Below, one piece after another: positions 57,606 through 64,000 of a DNA stretch of 64,000 nt. Every line of letters starts with the position of its first letter. The stretch's first letter is position 1. A model generated the notes under the pieces. That model had not been told where the DNA came from. It did not search any database and saw only the letters and a list, made by a program, of their open reading frames with translations. The stretch comes from Myxococcota bacterium (GTDB lineage Bacteria > Myxococcota_A > UBA9160 > UBA6930): the NCBI GenBank assembly GCA_965223705.1, contig OZ245015.1, forward strand, positions 2,528,001 through 2,592,000, read 5' to 3'. A program made the translations under genes and the position numbers.

Positions 57606-58088
57606 ATGTCCGAACACGCGAGCGCGGCGCTGGCCGCATTTCAAAAGCAGATCGGTTCAGAGGACGGTGTGGGAGAATGGCACACGGTCGACCAGTCGCA
57701 GATCAACCAGTTCGCCGATGCCACGCTCGACCATCAGTTCATCCACATCGACCCCGAGAAGTCCGCGAAGCTATCGCCCTACAAGGTGACGATCGCCCAC
57801 GGTTTTCTGACGCTCTCGCTCGTTCCGCATCTCGGCGGCAGCATCCCCCACGCTTCGAAGGAAGCTTACGAAGGCTTGGTGATGGGCGTGAACTACGGAC
57901 TCGACCGCGTGCGCTTCCCGAGCCCGGTGAAAGTCAACGCGCGGGTGCGCGCTCGCCGCGAGCTGCTCGGAGCCGATCTGGTGGCGCCGAACACCATTCA
58001 GCTCAAGCAACGCGTGACGATCGAGATCGACGGTGAAGAGAAGCCCGGGTGTGTCGCCGACACGCTCTCCCGGTTGATCTACAGCTAG
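57606..58088 (+). CDS. MaoC-family dehydratase
   Basis: QFADATLDHQFIHIDP, IAHGFLTLSL, NYGLDRVRF. Confidence 0.94.
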   Translation: MSEHASAALAAFQKQIGSEDGVGEWHTVDQSQINQFADATLDHQFIHIDPEKSAKLSPYKVTIAHGFLTLSLVPHLGGSIPHASKEAYEGLVMGVNYGLDRVRFPSPVKVNARVRARRELLGADLVAPNTIQLKQRVTIEIDGEEKPGCVADTLSRLIYS

Positions 58089-58654
58089 ACCGCGCCGTCG
58101 GAGGGAGCTTCGGCTCCCTCTTCCTCGGACTCCTCGGCGTCAGCCGGCGCGGGTTCGACCGCGCCGTCCTCTACACCGATGTGACTTTGCACCCCGACCA
58201 CCCCGGGGATCGCTTTCGCGACGGCGATCGCCCGATCTCGGATCGCCTCCGAAGCCACGCTTCCCCATAGGCTGACGACGCCGCTGTCGACGTTCGCGCG
58301 GATCGCGACGTCCCCGAGCTCCGGCGTCTCCAGCAGAGCGAGCTGGACGGCGCGGAACACGACGTCGTCTGTCGCAAACTCCGCGAGGGCCTGGCGCGCC
58401 TCGTCCACGCGATCGTCGGCATCCCGAAGTGCGGCTTCGGCCTCTTCGAGCTCTGCCTGCGCGGCATCGAGCGCTTCGATTCGGGTCTGCACGAGGCCGC
58501 GGGCAACCTCGGCTTCGGCTTGTGCCTCGGCGAGGTCTTCGCTCGCTTCCCGGAAAGCGGCTTCTTCGCTGTCGCCGCCGCACGCGATCGCAAAGAGCGC
58601 GGCGGCACTCGCCAGGACGAGACGACGGACGTACGTGCGCATTTGACGAGTCAT
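58085..58654 (-). CDS. BON-domain lipoprotein with coiled coil
   Basis: Lipobox FAIAC, coiled coil, GVVSLWGSV...AIAVAKAIPGVVGV. Confidence 0.85.
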   Translation of the reverse strand: MTRQMRTYVRRLVLASAAALFAIACGGDSEEAAFREASEDLAEAQAEAEVARGLVQTRIEALDAAQAELEEAEAALRDADDRVDEARQALAEFATDDVVFRAVQLALLETPELGDVAIRANVDSGVVSLWGSVASEAIRDRAIAVAKAIPGVVGVQSHIGVEDGAVEPAPADAEESEEEGAEAPSDGAV

Positions 58655-58688
58655 GGCGAGTCGGCTCCCGCAAAGGCCGGCGAACTGC

Positions 58689-58724
58689 CGGCGCCGCCCC
58701 GACCGAAATGTCGGGGCGGCGCCG
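58689..58724 (-). terminator. Strong hairpin downstream of OmpA gene (no clear U-tract)
   Basis: Perfect 15-bp inverted repeat CGGCGCCGCCCCGAC-cgaaat-GTCGGGGCGGCGCCG. Confidence 0.6.
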
Positions 58725-58732
58725 AGCCGTTC

Positions 58733-59455
58733 TTACTGTTCCAGGTTGAGCTCGACCCGGCGGTTGAGCGCCCGGCCGTCGCGCGTTCCATTGGACGCGA
58801 CCGGCTGACTCTCGCCGTAACCGACTGACTGGAGTCTGGACGCGGATACGCCCTTCGACGCCAGGTAGTCGGCGACCGACCTCGCACGCCGTTCGGAGAG
58901 CCCTTGGTTGTACGCCTCGGGCCCTGTCGAGTCGGTGTGACCCGCGACCGTGATGGCCCCTTCCTCGCAAGCTGCGAGTTGCGAAGCAGCTTCGTCGAGG
59001 ACGATCGCCGCATCGGGGCGGATCTCGGCCTTGTCAAAGTCGAAGTTCACGCCGCGCAACACGATGGTGCCCGCACACGGATCCGGCTCGGGTTCCGGCG
59101 GCGGCGGCGGGGGCGGCGGAGGAGGAGGCGGGGGCGGCGCAGCGCGACGCGGCGGCGGAGGAGGCGGCGGCGGTGCGGCCTTCTTCTCTTTTACGAGTCG
59201 CTTGCACAGGAAGTGGCCGATCACCGCGCCGGCGATCGCACCGGCCCCGGCACCGACGGCGAGCTCTTCGTCACCGCCGTCGCCGTTGTCGCCCTCGGCG
59301 CCGACCGCGACACCGGCGCCGGCGCCGACGATCGTCGTCAACACGTTGCAGGTGGACTTTGTCCACCAGCCGTCACTGCTCGCGCAGCCTCCCAGAAAAA
59401 CTGCTAGGGCCGCTGCTGCGATGAGCTGCAACCCGCCTTTCCGATGAACTACCAA
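58733..59455 (-). CDS. OmpA-family lipoprotein (glycine zipper, polyproline linker)
   Basis: Lipobox LGGC, VNFDFDKA, GHTDS.G..YN..LSERRA, GYGE, NRRVE. Confidence 0.94.
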   Translation of the reverse strand: MVVHRKGGLQLIAAAALAVFLGGCASSDGWWTKSTCNVLTTIVGAGAGVAVGAEGDNGDGGDEELAVGAGAGAIAGAVIGHFLCKRLVKEKKAAPPPPPPPPRRAAPPPPPPPPPPPPPPEPEPDPCAGTIVLRGVNFDFDKAEIRPDAAIVLDEAASQLAACEEGAITVAGHTDSTGPEAYNQGLSERRARSVADYLASKGVSASRLQSVGYGESQPVASNGTRDGRALNRRVELNLEQ

Positions 59456-59607
59456 GATTCCCCTCCCCTCGGCTCAGCTGCGCGAAACTGGTCGGCTGGC
59501 AAAAGCCTGTTCTTCGGTCCTCTATTAGAGCACGCGTAATAACCGAGGTGAAGCCGCATCGCCATGCCCGTGCAACAATGCGCCGGCGAACGAGTGGGTG
59601 GATTCGG

Positions 59608-62088
59608 ATGATCAAGCGGGAATGGGTCGAGAAAAATGAAGAATTGGGGTCATTTTACCTCGGCTCGCGAGTCGACCCGCAGTCGGGCGAACGCCTCGCC
59701 GAACCCTACCTCTACGACGCCAACGATCTTCTCACCCACGCGGTCTGTGTGGGAATGACGGGCAGTGGCAAGACCGGCCTTTGCGTGGGCCTCCTCGAAG
59801 AAGCCGCACTCGACGGCATTCCCGCCCTGGTGATCGACCCGAAAGGCGACCTGGCGAACCTCGCCTTGACGTTCCCCGAGCTTCGGGGTGCGGACTTCCT
59901 TCCATGGGTCGACCACGGCGAGGCCCAACGCGAGGGGCGAACGCGGGAGGAACACGCGGAGGCGACCGCGGAGCTCTGGCGCAAGGGCCTGCTCGAATGG
60001 GGTCAGACGGGGGATCGGATCCGCCGCCTGCGCGACGCGGTCGAGCTCGCGATCTACACACCGGGCAGCCGGACCGGTCGGCCGCTCAACGTGCTCCGCT
60101 CCTTCTCCCCACCTGGAGAGCGAGAAAGCGATCCCGAGGCCATCGAGGATCGGATCCGAGGCGCAGTTTCCGGTCTTCTCGCGATGCTCGGGATCGCACC
60201 GGACCCGATTCGGAGCCGCGAGCACATCCTCCTCTCGAACATTCTCGCGAACGCCTGGGAACGCGGAGAAAGCCCGGATCTAGCCGCGCTGATCCGCGCC
60301 ATCCAAGCGCCGCCGTTCGAACGGGTCGGTGTCTTCGAGTTGGAGACCTTCTATCCCAGCGCCGAGCGTCTGGCCTTCGCGATGCAGCTCAACAATCTGC
60401 TCGCTTCTCCCGGCTTCGAGAGCTGGCTCGCGGGAGAGCCGCTCGAGATCAGCCGTCTGCTCTATTCGCCGGCCGGGAAACCCCGCCTGTCGGTGTTGTC
60501 GATCGCCCATCTGTCGGACGCAGAACGGATGTTCTTCGTGACGATCTTCCTCAACGAGGTCGTGTCGTGGATGCGTTCGCAGCCGGGGACACCGTCGCTC
60601 CGCGCCCTGCTCTACATGGACGAGGTCTTCGGCTATTTCCCGCCGACCGCAAATCCGCCGAGCAAGACCCCCATGCTGACCCTTCTCAAGCAGGCCCGCG
60701 CATACGGGCTCGGAGTCGTCCTGGCGACCCAGAACCCGGTGGATCTCGACTACAAAGGTCTCTCGAACACCGGAACCTGGTTTCTCGGCCGGCTGCAGAC
60801 CGAACGCGACAAAGCGCGGGTGCTCGACGGACTCGAAGGGGCATCGCGATCGGCCGGACAATCGTTCGAACGCGCCGAGATCGAGGCCCGGCTATCGGGC
60901 TTGGGAAAACGCGTCTTCCTCGTGAGTAACGCACACGAAGATGCCCCCCTTCTGATGCACACGCGGTGGGTGATGTCGTACCTCCGCGGACCGCTGACGC
61001 GCGACCAGCTGCGAAACCTCGACGCGGGCGAGACCGAGCCGGCCGACTCGGCCCCGCCCGAGCCCGTTCGAGACGCGCCCGCCGCATCCGTGCCCCGAGA
61101 GCCCGTGCCCGCGAGCCCCGACAGGGCGCGACCGGTGGTCCCTTCGGAAATCGCCGAGAAATTCCTCGCGCGAACCGACGAGGCCACCGGCCCGGTCCTG
61201 TACCGACCGGCGCTTCTCGGCCAAGTCGAGGTGCACTACGCGGACCGGAGCCAGCTCGACCACTGGGAAACGATTCATCTGTTCGCCCCACTCGAAGACG
61301 CGAACCTCCGCACGGTGTGGTCCGACGCCGTTCGGCTCGGCGCATCGCCCGAATTTACGAGCGGGCCCAGCGAGGGTGCTGCGTTTGTTTCTCCGCCCAG
61401 CCGGGTTCTCAGCGCGAAACGCTTCGCCGCCTTCGAAAAGCAGCTCCCCGGCTCGTGCTACCGCCGCTTTCCCCTCGAGCTCTGGCGCTCGAGCGCACCG
61501 AAAGGACGTGCCCAACCGCACGAGACCGAGGGCGCTTTTCTCGGCCGCATGCGACAGCTGCAACGCGAAGCGCGAGACAAGGCCCTCGAAAAGCTGCGGC
61601 GGCGATATGCCCCGAAGCTCGCCCGCCTGGAGGAGCAGATCCGCAAAGCGGAAGCGCGGGTCGAACGCGAAGCGGGGCAATATCGACAGAGCCGTCTGCA
61701 GTCCGCCGTCTCGATCGGGGCGACCTTGGTGGGGGCTCTTTTCGGTCGCAAGCTCGGGAGCGTCGGCAATGTCGGTCGGGCCTCGAGCGCCGCGAAGTCC
61801 GTCGGTCGGGCCAAGCGTGAACGGAGCGATATCGCCCGAGCGGAAGCTGACCTCGAAGCGATTCGAACGCGACTCGAGGGCCTCGAGGCGGAGTTCGAGG
61901 AGCGCCTCGAAGAGGTCCGGCTCGAAAAAAGTGCGGACGAGATCGAATGTGAGCCGTTCCAAGTTCGTCTCAGAAAATCCGACACCGCCATCGCCGGCGT
62001 GTGGCTCGTATGGGAACCGTGGAGCTTCGACCACGGCCGCGCCGGCCGCTCGCTGGCAACGCCATCCAGGGTCGAAACGAGTGGTTGA
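59608..62088 (+). CDS. HerA/FtsK-superfamily ATPase (DUF87/DUF853-like) with C-terminal coiled coil
   Basis: THAVCVGMTGSGKT, IDPKGD, LYMDEVFG, QARAYG..VLATQNP; start uncertain. Confidence 0.85.
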   Translation: MIKREWVEKNEELGSFYLGSRVDPQSGERLAEPYLYDANDLLTHAVCVGMTGSGKTGLCVGLLEEAALDGIPALVIDPKGDLANLALTFPELRGADFLPWVDHGEAQREGRTREEHAEATAELWRKGLLEWGQTGDRIRRLRDAVELAIYTPGSRTGRPLNVLRSFSPPGERESDPEAIEDRIRGAVSGLLAMLGIAPDPIRSREHILLSNILANAWERGESPDLAALIRAIQAPPFERVGVFELETFYPSAERLAFAMQLNNLLASPGFESWLAGEPLEISRLLYSPAGKPRLSVLSIAHLSDAERMFFVTIFLNEVVSWMRSQPGTPSLRALLYMDEVFGYFPPTANPPSKTPMLTLLKQARAYGLGVVLATQNPVDLDYKGLSNTGTWFLGRLQTERDKARVLDGLEGASRSAGQSFERAEIEARLSGLGKRVFLVSNAHEDAPLLMHTRWVMSYLRGPLTRDQLRNLDAGETEPADSAPPEPVRDAPAASVPREPVPASPDRARPVVPSEIAEKFLARTDEATGPVLYRPALLGQVEVHYADRSQLDHWETIHLFAPLEDANLRTVWSDAVRLGASPEFTSGPSEGAAFVSPPSRVLSAKRFAAFEKQLPGSCYRRFPLELWRSSAPKGRAQPHETEGAFLGRMRQLQREARDKALEKLRRRYAPKLARLEEQIRKAEARVEREAGQYRQSRLQSAVSIGATLVGALFGRKLGSVGNVGRASSAAKSVGRAKRERSDIARAEADLEAIRTRLEGLEAEFEERLEEVRLEKSADEIECEPFQVRLRKSDTAIAGVWLVWEPWSFDHGRAGRSLATPSRVETSG

Positions 62089-62142
62089 CTTGGCCGCGCG
62101 CTCGCGGTTTGCTGCGACTAAACCGGAAGGAGAAATAGGGAT

Positions 62143-62553
62143 ATGGCCAACATGAAAATCGAAGAGGTCGAAGGGATCGGACCGGCGTACGGCGAGAAGC
62201 TCCGCAACGCGGGCGTCACTACGACAGACCAGTTGCTCGAACTCTGCTGCGACAAGGCGGGGCGCAAGAAGATCGCCGAGTCCTCGGGACTGAGCGAATC
62301 CCAGATCCTCAAGTGGGTCAACATGGCAGACTTGTTCCGGATCAAAGGCGTGGGCCCGGAGTTCGCTGAGCTTCTCGAAGCGGCCGGCGTCGATACGGTG
62401 AAGGAACTCGCGACCCGCAACGCGGAAAACCTCGCTGCGAAGCTCGCCGAAGTGAATGAGCAGAAGAAGTTGACGCGCCGGGTACCGAACCTCGAAGCCG
62501 TCGCCGACTACATTGCGCAGGCGAAGGAACTTCCCGCGACCGTTACGCACTAA
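62143..62553 (+). CDS. DUF4332 (helix-hairpin-helix) protein
   Basis: IEEVEGIGP, ADLFRIKGVG, LLEAAGVDTV; AAGGAG RBS. Confidence 0.88.
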   Translation: MANMKIEEVEGIGPAYGEKLRNAGVTTTDQLLELCCDKAGRKKIAESSGLSESQILKWVNMADLFRIKGVGPEFAELLEAAGVDTVKELATRNAENLAAKLAEVNEQKKLTRRVPNLEAVADYIAQAKELPATVTH

Positions 62554-62583
62554 CGCGTAAAGGACAGCGTCAGGAGCCCCCCA

Positions 62584-63999
62584 ATGGACTTCACTGCACT
62601 GACCGACCCGTTGAAAAGCGCACTCGGTGACACGCTCCCGAACGTTCTGGGCGCGCTGCTGATTCTCGTCATCGGTTGGTTCGCCGCTCTTCTGATCCGA
62701 GCGGCGATCCGCAAGACACTCTCGTTCTTCCGCGTCAACGAGCGCGTGGCGACTTCGACCGGAAACGATATCGACGTGGCCGGCGGCGCCGCCTCGTTGG
62801 TGTACTACGTCCTGCTGTTGCTGGTCCTGGTGGCCTTCTTCGGTGCGCTGCATCTACAAGAAGTCTCGGGATCGCTGCAGGGCTTGCTGGACGAGGTGTT
62901 CGCGTTCGCTCCGAGAATCGCGGGCGCCGCGATTCTCCTCCTGGTCGCGTGGCTCGTGGCGACGCTCGTGCGCGGCGTCGCCACGCGCGGACTCGCCGCG
63001 ACGACCCTCGACGATCGACTGTCGAGCGAAGCCGGCGTCCGTCCGATCAGCGAGAGCCTCGGCAACGTGCTGTTCTGGCTGATCCTATTGTTGTTCCTAC
63101 CGGCGATCCTCGGGGCTCTCGAGATGACGGGCCTCCTCGATCCCGTCGAGCGGATGGTCGACCAGGTCCTCGGCACCTTGCCGAACGTACTCGCGGCGGG
63201 CGCGATCGGTGTTGTGGGATGGTTCGTCGCGCGCATCCTGCGCGATCTCGTAACGAATCTGCTCGCCGCCGCGGGTGTCGATCGCGTGGGTGCGCGCGCG
63301 GGACTTTCGGGTGACACGCAGCTTTCGGGACTCCTCGGCCTTATCGTCTACATCTTCGTGTTCGTGCCGACGCTCATCGCGGCGCTCAACGCGCTGCAGA
63401 TCCGCGCGATCTCGGAACCTGCGACGGAAATGCTGGCGACGTTCCTCGCCGCGCTGCCGAACATCTTCGGCGCCGCCGTGATCCTCGCCGTCGCCTACTT
63501 CGTGTCGTCGTTCATCGCGAACCTGGTGGGCTCGCTGCTGAACGGCTTGGGCTTCGACCGCTTGCCGGAACGGATGGGACTCGCGGCGGTCTTCGAAGGC
63601 CTCGCTCGCCCTTCGGACCTCGTCGCCAAGACGGTCGTTTTCTTCGTCATGTTGTTTGCGACCGTGGAAGCCGCCGGGCGGCTCGGCTTCGGGCAGGTCT
63701 CGGGCCTGGTCGCCATGCTGATCGAGTTCGGCGGCCAGGTCGTCCTCGGCATCATCATCATCGCCGTCGGCTTCTGGGTTTCGAACTTGGCCCACGAAGC
63801 CGTAGACCGCCTTTCCGGACCCAGCGCCGCGAGAATCGCGCGATTCGCGATTCTCGGTGTGGTGTTGGCCATGGGGCTTCGGGCGATGGGCTTGGCCGAT
63901 GACATCGTGAACTTGGCGTTCGGCTTGACCCTGGGCTCAGTCGCCGTTGCGGTCGCGCTCTCGTTCGGCCTCGGCGGCCGCGAAGCCGCGGGCCGCCAG
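62584..63999 (+). CDS. Mechanosensitive-channel-related multi-TM protein (CmpX/TM-helix repeat type), 3'-truncated
   Basis: Absent from the ORF track because no stop occurs before the window end; AGGAG RBS, MDFTALTDPL..., repeated LPNV/I..A..IL..GW units, ends ALSFGLGGREAA. Confidence 0.85.
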   Translation, partial: MDFTALTDPLKSALGDTLPNVLGALLILVIGWFAALLIRAAIRKTLSFFRVNERVATSTGNDIDVAGGAASLVYYVLLLLVLVAFFGALHLQEVSGSLQGLLDEVFAFAPRIAGAAILLLVAWLVATLVRGVATRGLAATTLDDRLSSEAGVRPISESLGNVLFWLILLLFLPAILGALEMTGLLDPVERMVDQVLGTLPNVLAAGAIGVVGWFVARILRDLVTNLLAAAGVDRVGARAGLSGDTQLSGLLGLIVYIFVFVPTLIAALNALQIRAISEPATEMLATFLAALPNIFGAAVILAVAYFVSSFIANLVGSLLNGLGFDRLPERMGLAAVFEGLARPSDLVAKTVVFFVMLFATVEAAGRLGFGQVSGLVAMLIEFGGQVVLGIIIIAVGFWVSNLAHEAVDRLSGPSAARIARFAILGVVLAMGLRAMGLADDIVNLAFGLTLGSVAVAVALSFGLGGREAAGRQ

Positions 64000-64000
64000 A

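Noticed and set aside
5534..63905. Numerous long Arg/Ala/Pro-rich alternative-frame ORFs in the track
   Set aside because: Expected off-frame and antisense ORFs in high-GC DNA; each overlaps a motif-supported gene.

Overview
High-GC bacterial chromosome segment; gene order suggests a deltaproteobacterial/Myxococcota-like organism (inference only). Most of it is housekeeping. One long minus-strand run is pheA-hisC-tyrA-rpsA-ihfB-lapA-lapB-mutS-amidase-glnD-xerD-tRNA nucleotidyltransferase-scpA-scpB-rluB. There is also a complete trpEGDCFBA operon, lptD, ccdA/TlpA, dcd, dtd, queG, an exosortase, greB, a SWIM-SNF2 helicase, OmpA and BON lipoproteins, a HerA/FtsK-like ATPase and several signalling genes. 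The standout is the first 5.8 kb: a tandem array of at least five paralogous genes for an unrecognised secreted ~360-aa protein. The paralogs have invariant blocks alternating with hypervariable loops and mosaic relationships. Two copies form a 1335-bp near-perfect duplication differing only in four dense patches, and a frameshifted relic C-terminus follows copy 2. Copies 2-5 share a hairpin terminator and a G(T/A)CAC-N17-(C/G)ACT promoter-like motif. This looks like a diversifying surface-protein (S-layer-like) cassette system. Other observations: a chain of ATGA-coupled 11-aa mini-ORFs made by a 32-bp tandem repeat, a T(C/T)AAG-N17-CGA (sigma-28-like) motif before four signalling genes, leaderless and bidirectional -10 promoters, a probable CTG start for rluB, and absence of aroA-cmk from their usual place. 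No rRNA, tRNA, CRISPR array, transposase or reverse transcriptase was recognised. All calls come from reading motifs by eye; no searches were run.
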